DNA of 24,095 nucleotides from a virus (lineage: Duplodnaviria; Caudoviricetes): positions 1 to 24,095 of the IMG/VR virus record IMGVR_UViG_3300020325_000076. One strand, written 5' to 3'. Positions 7,696-16,692 of this stretch are shown here, one piece after another (the stretch's first letter is position 1; each line of letters opens with the position of its first letter). The position numbers were made by a program, and so were the translations under genes. A model generated the notes under the pieces. The model did not search any database, had not been told where the DNA came from, and saw only the letters and a program-made list of their open reading frames with translations.

Positions 7696-8469
7696 ATGAG
7701 TAAATATAAGAGAAAAGAACAGGCTGAAGAAAATCTATCATATTCAGAAGAAGTAGCAAAACAAGCACAAGTTGAGGCAGAACCTCAAGATCCAGAAGAG
7801 GCATCGTTTAAAAAACGATACGGGGATCTTCGAAGGCATATGCAGCAACTGATGCAACAGAAGGATCAGGAAATTGCAAAAGTTAAAGAACAGCTTGATA
7901 CCGCTGCAAAAGGTCAAATCAGGTTTCCAAAAACTGATGAAGAAATTGAAAATTGGTCTTCTAAGTATCCTGACGTTGCTAAAATCGTTGATACAATTGC
8001 CCGTAAAAGGGCTAACGAAGCTCTTGAAGAGGGGGAAAGACGATTAGGCCATTTAAAAACTCTCGAAACAAAGATTAGTAAAAAAGAAGCTGAACAAGAA
8101 TTACACAGGCTTCATCCCGATTTTCCTGAAATACGGCAAGATCCAAAGTTTCATGAGTGGGTTCAAATGCAGCCTATGTATATACAGGATGCTCTCTACA
8201 AAAATAACACAGATGCCGTGGCAGCGGCCCGTGCTATCGACTTGTATAAAGCCGATACAGGCAAGCGAAAAACCACGTCAAAGAAATCAGCGGCACAGGC
8301 CGTTGGACGTTCCACTTCAGTTGCACCAAAAGGCGAAGCAAAAGCGAAGTTCTCAGAAAGTCAGGTAGCTAAGATGTCTGACAGAGAGTATGATGCTAAT
8401 GAAGCCGCAATCCTAGAGTCAATGAAGACAGGTGAGTTCATCTATGATGTCTCAGGTGGAGCAAGATAA
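7696..8469 (+). CDS. Probable capsid scaffolding protein
   Basis: Charged helical 257-aa protein (FKKRYGDLRRH, HPDF...FHEWV) immediately before the major capsid gene. Confidence 0.75.
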   Translation: MSKYKRKEQAEENLSYSEEVAKQAQVEAEPQDPEEASFKKRYGDLRRHMQQLMQQKDQEIAKVKEQLDTAAKGQIRFPKTDEEIENWSSKYPDVAKIVDTIARKRANEALEEGERRLGHLKTLETKISKKEAEQELHRLHPDFPEIRQDPKFHEWVQMQPMYIQDALYKNNTDAVAAARAIDLYKADTGKRKTTSKKSAAQAVGRSTSVAPKGEAKAKFSESQVAKMSDREYDANEAAILESMKTGEFIYDVSGGAR

Positions 8470-8497
8470 GTGGCATAGCCACTAACTTAATTAGCTA

Positions 8498-8526
8498 TTT
8501 ACTAAGTGGCGCAGTTGTGCTATAAT
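8498..8526 (+). promoter_or_regulatory. Sigma70-type promoter for the capsid transcript
   Basis: TTTACT (8498-8503), 17-nt spacer, TATAAT (8521-8526) with extended -10 TG (TGcTATAAT). Confidence 0.75.
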
Positions 8527-8532
8527 TATTAG

Positions 8533-8741
8533 TAATGAAGCTTTTCGGAATAGGGCCTCAGTAGACTACCCCTAACCCGTTCATAACCAGAAGACTTAAA
8601 CAAACAGTCCACCAGTGTAGCGAGGCCCATGTGTACCGCAAATACATATGCACCCTTGCAAAACGCACTGCCACTTAATGTTACCTTCTGATCTAGTCTG
8701 TCAGCATTAGCTGACCTGCCATTTCAAAAGGAGTATTAACA
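8533..8741 (+). ncRNA. About 210-nt structured 5' leader (cis-regulatory RNA candidate) of the major capsid gene
   Basis: Long non-coding stretch in an otherwise gene-dense region; three hand-folded stem-loops (8535-8584, 8588-8690, 8700-8715); SD AAGGAG 8728-8733. Confidence 0.6.
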
Positions 8742-9830
8742 ATGGCATTTCCAAGCGCATCAGGTTACGGCAATTTACCTAACGGTAATTTTAGCCCAGT
8801 AATCTATTCCAAGAAAGTCCAAAAGGCTTTCAGAAGCACCTCTGTTGTAGAGGATGTAACTAACACCGATTACGCAGGTGAAATCGCAAATATGGGCGAT
8901 AGCGTAAAAATCATCAAAGAACCAGAAATCACTATCAACTCATATGCTCGTGGAACAACACTTGCGACACAAGATTTGACTGATGCAGATTTCACAATGG
9001 TTGTAACTGAAGCGAATTATTTTCAGTTTGCAGTCGATGATGTAGAGAGCGCTCATAGTCACATAAATTTTATGGATCTAGCTACAGACCGTGCAGGGTT
9101 CAAACTTCGTGACGCATTTGACCGTGAAGTACTAGGCTATATGTCTGGTTGGGATTGGAACGGTACTGCGTGGTCAAGACGTACCGCATTGGACACAGGT
9201 GGTTCAAAAGCCGATTCAAATGCAGGAAATGATGAATTACTTGCAAATAATAAGCTTGATATAAGCGATTTTGGTGGCTCAGAACTAGCAGGTTCTGCAG
9301 ATGCAAGCGGTGATTCAGGTTCTGCAGGTGAGGTCACGTCTATTCCTCTAGCTGCAGGTGGTGGCACAGGTGCTATCACTTCACCATTAGCTGTTTTAGG
9401 CCGCATGGCTCGACTAATGGATGCAGCAAACGTGGATACCGAAGGTCGTTGGTGTGTAGTCGATCCAGTGTTCAAAGAACTACTAATGGACGAAGACGCA
9501 AAACTAATGAACGCTGACTTTGGTGGCGAAGGCGAAATCAGAAACGGACGTTTACCAGGAACTATTCGTGGTATGCGAGTATACGTTTCAAACAACCTTC
9601 CATACCTAAATGGTGGTGCAGGTGCAGCCTCTTCAACAGGCTCTGAGCATTCATTCGGTGTATTAGTAGCAGGTCATGACTCAGCGGTAGCCGTGGCTGA
9701 CCAAATTGCGAAAACTGAGAGCTTCCGTTCTCCAGACACATTCGCAGACATCGTGCGTGGTATGCAGCTATATGGTCGCAAAATCTTGCGTCCTGAAGCT
9801 CTTATGACAGCGAACTACAACTTAGCGTAA
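8742..9830 (+). CDS. Major capsid protein
   Basis: 362 aa; NFSPVIYSKKV, TNTDYAGEI...GDSVKI, C-terminal FADIVRGMQLYGRKILRPE typical of podovirus HK97-fold coat proteins; strong SD, own promoter and downstream terminator. Confidence 0.93.
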   Translation: MAFPSASGYGNLPNGNFSPVIYSKKVQKAFRSTSVVEDVTNTDYAGEIANMGDSVKIIKEPEITINSYARGTTLATQDLTDADFTMVVTEANYFQFAVDDVESAHSHINFMDLATDRAGFKLRDAFDREVLGYMSGWDWNGTAWSRRTALDTGGSKADSNAGNDELLANNKLDISDFGGSELAGSADASGDSGSAGEVTSIPLAAGGGTGAITSPLAVLGRMARLMDAANVDTEGRWCVVDPVFKELLMDEDAKLMNADFGGEGEIRNGRLPGTIRGMRVYVSNNLPYLNGGAGAASSTGSEHSFGVLVAGHDSAVAVADQIAKTESFRSPDTFADIVRGMQLYGRKILRPEALMTANYNLA

Positions 9831-9838
9831 TAGCTTTC

Positions 9839-9871
9839 GGGGGCAGGGAGACTTGCCCCCTTCCTTCTTTT
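9839..9871 (+). terminator. Rho-independent terminator after the capsid gene (probably leaky)
   Basis: GGGGGCAGG-GAGA-CTTGCCCCC stem with GNRA loop, followed by interrupted U-tract TTCCTTCTTTT. Confidence 0.85.
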
Positions 9872-9882
9872 AAGGATCACTC

Positions 9883-10572
9883 ATGCCTAGCACCTACATA
9901 GATTTATGCAATATGGTACTTCGAAGACTTAACGAAGTCGAAATTGCTCAAGCTGATTTTGCAACAGTACGAGGTGTACAAGCTTTAGTAAAAGACGCCG
10001 TAAAAGCGTCCGTTGCAAAAATCAATCAGGCTGAGTTTGAGTGGCCCTTTAATGCCGCAGAGCATACACAAGTTCTTACCGCAGGTCAGACAGAATATGA
10101 TTGGCCTGCTTTTTTTAAAATAGCAGATTTTAATACTTTTCAGATACAATCCAATTCAAGTCTGAATATTGGATTTAAAACACTTAAAGCAATAGAGCGT
10201 GACGAGTGGTATGCAAACCATCGTGATGCCGACTATACCGCAGGTTCTGCAGGTAGAGGCGCACCAGATTTTGTATTTCCTTCGCATGGCACAGGCTTTG
10301 GTGTAACCCCTTCGCCTGATAAAGCTTATACTGTCAGGTTTAGGTATTTCTTAAATTACGCTGATCTAACAAATTACAATGATCAAACCCGTATCCCTGA
10401 AAGTTTTGAGAATGTGATTGTAGATGGTGCGCTGTACCATTTGTATATGTTTAAGGACAATTTGGATGCAGCTAACGCAGCATTCGTAGCTTTCTCTGCA
10501 GGATTAAAAGACCTGCAAACTCTTTACATAAATTCATACGAGTATGTAAGGGATACTAGGATTAAGTTCTAA
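9883..10572 (+). CDS. Tail tubular protein A / head-tail adaptor
   Basis: 229 aa after the capsid gene; YIDLCNxVLRRLNEV N-terminus, EWPF and PSPDKAYTV motifs; position equivalent to T7 gp11. Confidence 0.7.
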   Translation: MPSTYIDLCNMVLRRLNEVEIAQADFATVRGVQALVKDAVKASVAKINQAEFEWPFNAAEHTQVLTAGQTEYDWPAFFKIADFNTFQIQSNSSLNIGFKTLKAIERDEWYANHRDADYTAGSAGRGAPDFVFPSHGTGFGVTPSPDKAYTVRFRYFLNYADLTNYNDQTRIPESFENVIVDGALYHLYMFKDNLDAANAAFVAFSAGLKDLQTLYINSYEYVRDTRIKF

Positions 10573-12209
10573 TGGCAGATGAAATACAGTCCTTTAAACT
10601 GGTAAGTTCTGGTGGACTTAACAGTAATCAAAATCATCTGTTTCTTTCAGAGGCTGCATCAGGTGCAGCTACACGATTAGTAAACTATGAGCCTAGTCTC
10701 TACGGTGGCTACCGAAGAGTAGAGGGTTTTGAAGTTCTAGATGGGATTAACGTAGAAGTAGGTGCAGGTGTTGCTGAAGGTCGGGTACTCTGTGTTGCAA
10801 TCTACCGAAATGAGCATATTGGAAACCCGTATATAATTGCAGCCCGAAAAGATACGGGCGCAAACACCTACAAATTCTATAAGTACGTTCCGCTATCGGG
10901 TTGGGTAGCAATGACTAACAGCCTAACCCTGAATACTACAGACGGTGTTCGAACAGTTACTAAGATTAGACACGCACAATTTGATTTTGGTAATGGATCT
11001 CATATTGCTTTTGCCGATGGTGTAAATAACGGGATACTTTTTGATGGCGTTAATTGGTATCAGTTAAGCCCCACAGGTGCAGGAACTTCAGCAAGTCCAG
11101 GTGGTACAAAAATATGTGCCGCACCTGCTTTAGTAGAAGTTTTTGAAAACCATTTATTCTTTGGCGGTGATCGAACTCAGTTATCAGCATTACATCATTC
11201 TGTAGGTGATAATCCTTTTGACTTTCAAAACTCTGGCTCAGAAATACTTACTCCAGGTTTTAATATTGTTCAGATAAAACCGTTTCGTAATGATCTATTT
11301 ATCTTCGGTGCTAATAATATTAAAAAAGCATCCCCCGACATTGCATCAGGCAATTTTGTAATAGATCAAGTTACTGCTAATGTGGGCTGCATAGCTAGGG
11401 ATAGCGTCTTAGAGATCGGTGGAGATCTCATGTTCCTAGCACCTGATGGTTTTAGACCTGTATCAGGAACCTCTAGGATTGGGGATGTAGAACTAGAAAC
11501 TATATCCAAGGCAATCCAAGTGACCTTGGTCAATATGATCAAAAATTACGACATGGATACTATAAATGGTGTTGTAATTAGATCTAAATCTCAAGTCCGT
11601 TTTTTCGTTGGGGATGATACAGAGACAGTTACAAACTCTTACGGAATTATAGGTGGGTTAGCTAGTGCAGACAGTGGTATTTCTTGGGAGTTTGGTGAGC
11701 TTAACGGTATACGGGCTTCCTGTACTACAAGTGATTACATAGGCAGGGAAGAGTTTGTTCTTCACGGCGATTATGACGGTAAGGTGTATCGCCAAGAAAA
11801 AGGCATCAGTTTTAACGGAGCCGATATAACTTCCGTATATGCAACTCCATACTTAGACTTTGGAGACACTGAAGTACGAAAGACCATGAGGAAGGTTAAT
11901 ACCTTCATCCGTGCAGAAGGGCCAGTAAAACTTTTTTTATCTATGGCCTATGATTGGGGGGATTATAACACACAACGCCCTTCCAGTTATTCTCAAGAAA
12001 GTCTAGGTGGCCCCGTTGAATACGGCGGTCTTAATATAAACTACGCAGGAGCAAACATCCTGTATGGTGGTAACTCAAAACCGATAATGACCACAGATGT
12101 TCAAGGATCAGGTTTTTCAGCAAGAGCCACCTTCGTCACAGTAGGTAAATCAGAACCTTTTTCTATCCAAGGTTTAGTTTTCGAATTTAGCATTTCAGGA
12201 AGGCGATAA
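10572..12209 (+). CDS. Tail tubular protein B / nozzle (beta-propeller-like)
   Basis: 545 aa, beta-rich; N-terminal GGLN, VGCIA and FLAPDG motifs; position equivalent to T7 gp12/P22 gp10. Confidence 0.7.
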   Translation: MADEIQSFKLVSSGGLNSNQNHLFLSEAASGAATRLVNYEPSLYGGYRRVEGFEVLDGINVEVGAGVAEGRVLCVAIYRNEHIGNPYIIAARKDTGANTYKFYKYVPLSGWVAMTNSLTLNTTDGVRTVTKIRHAQFDFGNGSHIAFADGVNNGILFDGVNWYQLSPTGAGTSASPGGTKICAAPALVEVFENHLFFGGDRTQLSALHHSVGDNPFDFQNSGSEILTPGFNIVQIKPFRNDLFIFGANNIKKASPDIASGNFVIDQVTANVGCIARDSVLEIGGDLMFLAPDGFRPVSGTSRIGDVELETISKAIQVTLVNMIKNYDMDTINGVVIRSKSQVRFFVGDDTETVTNSYGIIGGLASADSGISWEFGELNGIRASCTTSDYIGREEFVLHGDYDGKVYRQEKGISFNGADITSVYATPYLDFGDTEVRKTMRKVNTFIRAEGPVKLFLSMAYDWGDYNTQRPSSYSQESLGGPVEYGGLNINYAGANILYGGNSKPIMTTDVQGSGFSARATFVTVGKSEPFSIQGLVFEFSISGRR

Positions 12210-12212
12210 TAA

Positions 12213-14285
12213 ATGGCAGGTTACACAAGACAATCCGCACCTGATATTATCAATGGCGCAGAGATAACTGCACCCCCGTTAATTGCAGAGTTTAACCAGA
12301 TCGAAAGTGCTTTTTCTGGAGCAACAGGGCATTCACATGACGGTACTACAGGAAATTCTCCAAAGATTAATCTACAGACATCTGTTTCTGGTTACTTACT
12401 CCCTGCAAATGGGGGAACAGGCGGTCAGAACAATGTTCAAGCAACTTCAAACCCGACTGTTACAGACGATGTCAATGCAGGATACGCTCCTGGTAATATA
12501 TGGCTTAATACTTCTTCAAACCGCTTTTTTGTATGTGCGGTAAATACAGCTTCTGCAGCCGTTTGGCATGAGATTGTAGCAGTAACAACTAATACTATTA
12601 CTCCTGCTACAACAAACACTGTGGACATCGGCTCCTCTAGTTTAAAATACAAAGACATTCACCTCGCAGGTAATGCCCTTGTAGGCGGCACTCTAGGAGT
12701 TACAGGAAATACCACACTCTCTAACGCCACACTCAGCGGCACTCTTGGAGTAACTGGCCTATCAACCCTTGCCCAAGCAGACGTTAACAGTGGTACAATC
12801 GATAACACCGTAATTGGTGGCAACACTGCTTCCCCGATTACTGGTACAACAGTTACTGCAAACAATGGTTTTACTGGGGATATTAATGGTGATGTTACAG
12901 GAAACGTAACAGCTAACACTGGTACATCTACCTTCAATAACGTATCCATAAATGGAACGCTCCAAGGTAACTTACAGGGTGGGATTACTGGTAACGTAAC
13001 AGCTAACACTGGATCATCTACTTTCAATGATGTGACCATCAACGGCACTCTGAATATGGACGCAGGTACTACTGGTACGATTACCAACCTAACAACACCT
13101 ACCAATACAAATGATGCAGCAACAAAAGGCTATGTCGATACCGAAGTTGCGAACCTAATAGCTTCGGCTCCTGCTACTCTGGATACCTTAAATGAACTCG
13201 CAGCGGCTCTAGGTGATGATGCTAACTTTAGCACCACCATGACGAATGCTCTGGCAGGTAAAGTAGCAGACACTGGCGATACCATGACAGGTGATCTGGT
13301 TATGTCCAATGCCACAGTCACTGGGCTACCAAATCCAACTGCTAACACTGAAGCTGCTAACAAAGCATACGTTGATACTCAGGATGCGCTACAAGTCAGT
13401 CGATCAGGTGACAGTATGTCTGGTCAACTTGCGATGGGTACTAACAAGATCGTTAACTTGGGTACACCAACGGCAGGAACAGACGCAGCAAACAAAACGT
13501 ATGTTGATGGCATTCTTGGATCGGCTACAGCGGCATCTGCTTCGGCAGCGGCAGCGGCTACCAGTGAAGCCAACGCAGCCAACTCTGAGTCAAATGCAGC
13601 TACCTCTGCTACCCTAGCGCAAGATTGGGCTATTAAGACCTCTGGAACAGTCGATGGCACAAATTTCTCAGCTAAATATTGGGCCACTCAAGCTGACGTA
13701 GGAACGATAGCAAACAACATATTAGATGTTAATACCGTTGCAGGGCAGATAAGTCCTACTAACAATATTAATACCTTGGCACAGGCATCGGCTGCAATTA
13801 CGACAGTCGCTAATAACATCAATAATTTTCAAGATTTTGCCGATACATACTTTGTTGGAGCAACTGCACCTAGTGGATCAAATGTAGGATTAGGTGATCT
13901 TTGGTTTGATACTACCAACAACGTAATGAAAGTATACGGTTCAGGCGGTTTTCAGGCGGCAGGTAGCTCTATTAACGGTACGGCTGAACGCAAAGACTAC
14001 ATCGTAGGAACTAACTCAGGAAGCTACACTAGCGGCTCACTAACTACGTTCCCTGCCGTTTATGATCCGACTTATGTCGATGTTTATTTAAACGGTGTGA
14101 AACTACAACCATCCGATTTTACAGCCACTGACGGTGCGAATGTGATCCTAGGCTCCGCAGCGGCAACAGGAGATTCAATCTCAATTGTTTCTTTTGGAAC
14201 CTTTGCACTAGCGGATCACTACAACAAAACCCAAGTCGATGCATTCATCGATGATGTGGAAACACTAGCTCTAGCAGGAATTTAA
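12213..14285 (+). CDS. Main (proximal) tail fibre protein
   Basis: MAGYTRQS...EFNQIE...GHSHDG anchor, Gly/Thr/Asn-rich repeats, three (D/E)AA(T/N)KxYVD motifs, C-terminal VYLNGVKL...GDSISIV beta-sandwich. Confidence 0.85.
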   Translation: MAGYTRQSAPDIINGAEITAPPLIAEFNQIESAFSGATGHSHDGTTGNSPKINLQTSVSGYLLPANGGTGGQNNVQATSNPTVTDDVNAGYAPGNIWLNTSSNRFFVCAVNTASAAVWHEIVAVTTNTITPATTNTVDIGSSSLKYKDIHLAGNALVGGTLGVTGNTTLSNATLSGTLGVTGLSTLAQADVNSGTIDNTVIGGNTASPITGTTVTANNGFTGDINGDVTGNVTANTGTSTFNNVSINGTLQGNLQGGITGNVTANTGSSTFNDVTINGTLNMDAGTTGTITNLTTPTNTNDAATKGYVDTEVANLIASAPATLDTLNELAAALGDDANFSTTMTNALAGKVADTGDTMTGDLVMSNATVTGLPNPTANTEAANKAYVDTQDALQVSRSGDSMSGQLAMGTNKIVNLGTPTAGTDAANKTYVDGILGSATAASASAAAAATSEANAANSESNAATSATLAQDWAIKTSGTVDGTNFSAKYWATQADVGTIANNILDVNTVAGQISPTNNINTLAQASAAITTVANNINNFQDFADTYFVGATAPSGSNVGLGDLWFDTTNNVMKVYGSGGFQAAGSSINGTAERKDYIVGTNSGSYTSGSLTTFPAVYDPTYVDVYLNGVKLQPSDFTATDGANVILGSAAATGDSISIVSFGTFALADHYNKTQVDAFIDDVETLALAGI
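12903..13012 (+). repeat. In-frame direct repeat within the tail fibre gene (90-nt period)
   Basis: AACGTAACAGCTAACACTGG at 12903-12922 and 12993-13012; encodes TGNVTANTGxSTFNxVxINGTL twice. Confidence 0.85.
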
Positions 14286-14287
14286 TT

Positions 14288-15370
14288 ATGGCAATTAGCA
14301 CAACAACGGTTGAAACAAACCTTACCACTAAATTAAATAATACAAGTGGCACAACGGACGCAAAAGAGTTTCTTCTTTTAGGAAAAGCCGTTGAAGCCTT
14401 AACTCCAACAGTAACAGTAAACAGTGTTATTTCTGAAGGTAATACTCAAGTTACAAGAGTAACCACCGAAGGGAATACCCAAGTAGCAGCCGTACAAGCG
14501 GCAGGGTCTGGGTATGCTCAGTTATCTGGTGCTACCTTCACTGGTGACGTAGATTTTGGTTCTAACAAAATAACCTACGCAAATGTCTACTCACAACTAT
14601 CTGACCTTCCAAGCGCCTCAACATATCACGGCATGTTCGCACATGTGCATGGCACTGGCAAAGGGTATTATGCTCATGGCGGCAACTGGATACCTCTAGT
14701 CAATGAGGACGGTTCTGGGAACGTCACCATTGGTGGAAACCTAACAGTCTCAGGTACTACAACCACAGTAAACAGTACAACTCTAGACGTTGCTGACTTG
14801 AATATAACAGTAGCTAACGGAGCCGCTGACGCAGCCGCTGCAAATGGCGCAGGGTTAACGGTAGCAGGGGCTTCAGCCACATTTAACTATGCCAATACTG
14901 GCGATAAGTGGACGATGAATAAGCCACTAGATGTTACTGGTGCGGTTACGGCTACTGGGGCAGATATTAACGGTACTCTTCAAATAGAAGAGGTAAAAGA
15001 AAAAGTAGCAGTAGATACTTCTACAACTGGAACTATTAACTTCGATGTTTTGGATGGTGCTATAAAATATTTTAACACAAACCAAACTGCTAACAGAACA
15101 GTAAACTTTAGAGGTGATGGTTCTACAACTTTAGATAGCATATTGGCAGTAGGAGAAAGTATTACCGTTGCTTTGGTAATGAAGCAAGGAAGTACAGCTT
15201 ATTACTTAAACCAAACACAGATCGATGGAACGCAAGTAAGTGGAGTTTATGCAGGGGGTACGCCAACTGCAGGGAACGCTACTGGTAGTGATGTTTATAC
15301 ATTCACAATTTTCAAAATAGCATCAAACCATTTGGTTATTCATGGCTCTGTTACTCAGTATAAAACATAA
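14288..15370 (+). CDS. Distal tail fibre A (paralog of 16693..17595)
   Basis: Fibre-type GNLTVSGTTTTVNSTTLDVADLNITVA segment; C-terminal domain ending DVYTFTIFK. Confidence 0.8.
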   Translation: MAISTTTVETNLTTKLNNTSGTTDAKEFLLLGKAVEALTPTVTVNSVISEGNTQVTRVTTEGNTQVAAVQAAGSGYAQLSGATFTGDVDFGSNKITYANVYSQLSDLPSASTYHGMFAHVHGTGKGYYAHGGNWIPLVNEDGSGNVTIGGNLTVSGTTTTVNSTTLDVADLNITVANGAADAAAANGAGLTVAGASATFNYANTGDKWTMNKPLDVTGAVTATGADINGTLQIEEVKEKVAVDTSTTGTINFDVLDGAIKYFNTNQTANRTVNFRGDGSTTLDSILAVGESITVALVMKQGSTAYYLNQTQIDGTQVSGVYAGGTPTAGNATGSDVYTFTIFKIASNHLVIHGSVTQYKT

Positions 15371-15382
15371 GGTGTAAATACA

Positions 15383-16474
15383 ATGATATTTCCAAAAAGA
15401 CCTCAAATATTATACGCTCCCATGTTAGCTACAATGGGCGGTGGGTCTGCTAATGGGTTTAGGTCTAGTGGTGGTGCTGACTATGGATATTGGGGTCTAG
15501 ATTATGATGGTTGGGATGGTTCACATCTTGATATGACTGACAGTGAGAGAGCTTCTAACTATAATATAACAACAGGAGACACTGATTGGAATGGTCTGCA
15601 AGGGCATTTAAGCCATTATCATGGTAGAGTTTATAAAGCGTATCCTAACCAAACATATCAATCTTTTGTAGGTCAAAGCAGTAATTATCCAAACCCAGTA
15701 ACTAATTCAAGTGTAACTAGCTACTATAATATGGGCGGCACTACTACCTTTAATTCTAATAACACAAATGGTAGAGCTATGACTCTTGCCTATCTAGGCG
15801 ATAATACTCCTGTCTTTGTTGCTTCTTATGATGATTCCAGTTACCCAAGAAGGCTAAGTTTTTGGGATGCTACACTAGGTTCAAGTACGTATATGCAGCA
15901 TTTAGGCTACCGTCAAATGTCGGGGTCGTTATCCCCTGGGTTTAATTTTCAAACCAATTCTGGCGCAGCAAATTGGCTTAATGGCGAATATGCCTTCATT
16001 ATGTATGATGGTAGTGGTTTAATTGTAAAAGCTAGAAATGGTACTTACGATGGCCCTAATACATGGATTAAGGTAGATTTACCCTCAGACTCAAATATAG
16101 CTGATGGCGGTTCTGCCCAATTTTATTGGGTTAAAGATTCAAGCCTTACAGACAGCACTTATGAGGCTAATACTTCTTATGGGGCTGCTTACATGGGTAT
16201 GGATGATAGTGGGTATAGATATATTTATGAGAATTATAGAAGCAACAGTAATGGTGGTCGTATTGTTAGGCTAAACCCACAAGTACAGGGTAGCACAGCC
16301 TCAAGTTGGGTTATGAAATCAAGTACATCTTATGGTGGGGGTTATGGCGTAAATGGTCAGGACTTTGAAATACCTACTTATGAATACGCTTGTATGATTG
16401 ATTATAAAAACAAAAAACTTCTAACAGGATCTCATGCAAATTCAGGCACTTTTGCTGTGTTTGATTTAGTTTAA
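15383..16474 (+). CDS. Putative receptor-binding tip/adhesin A
   Basis: About 30-aa N-terminus shared with 17611..18291, then an unrelated Tyr/Gly/Ser/Asn-rich beta domain; follows fibre A. Confidence 0.6.
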   Translation: MIFPKRPQILYAPMLATMGGGSANGFRSSGGADYGYWGLDYDGWDGSHLDMTDSERASNYNITTGDTDWNGLQGHLSHYHGRVYKAYPNQTYQSFVGQSSNYPNPVTNSSVTSYYNMGGTTTFNSNNTNGRAMTLAYLGDNTPVFVASYDDSSYPRRLSFWDATLGSSTYMQHLGYRQMSGSLSPGFNFQTNSGAANWLNGEYAFIMYDGSGLIVKARNGTYDGPNTWIKVDLPSDSNIADGGSAQFYWVKDSSLTDSTYEANTSYGAAYMGMDDSGYRYIYENYRSNSNGGRIVRLNPQVQGSTASSWVMKSSTSYGGGYGVNGQDFEIPTYEYACMIDYKNKKLLTGSHANSGTFAVFDLV

Positions 16475-16503
16475 ATCGCACTTTTAAATAAAAGGTAGCA
16501 ACC

Positions 16504-16689
16504 ATGTCTAAAGCAAGGCTTTTAGCCGACTTAATGAGAGATTCAAAAATCTCCCTTGCCGAAGTCCAAGGCGAAGCATCTGCTTCAGACTTCAATGTTA
16601 ACCAACCAAATTACAACACTTCTGAGATCAGCCTAAACCAAAAGGTAACGGCTCTTGAAGACGAAAATTTACTCAATTTAGGGGTCTAG
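16504..16689 (+). CDS. 61-aa putative fibre adaptor
   Basis: SD AAGG upstream; MSKARLLADL N-terminus; C-terminus ALEDENLLNLGV resembles the end of the main fibre. Confidence 0.65.
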   Translation: MSKARLLADLMRDSKISLAEVQGEASASDFNVNQPNYNTSEISLNQKVTALEDENLLNLGV

Positions 16690-16692
16690 AAA

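Noticed and set aside
8470-8741. tRNA, CRISPR array or known riboswitch (such as cobalamin) in the long intergenic region
   Set aside because: No cloverleaf or T-loop consensus, no repeat-spacer periodicity, and I could not match conserved riboswitch boxes; an Rfam search is still warranted.
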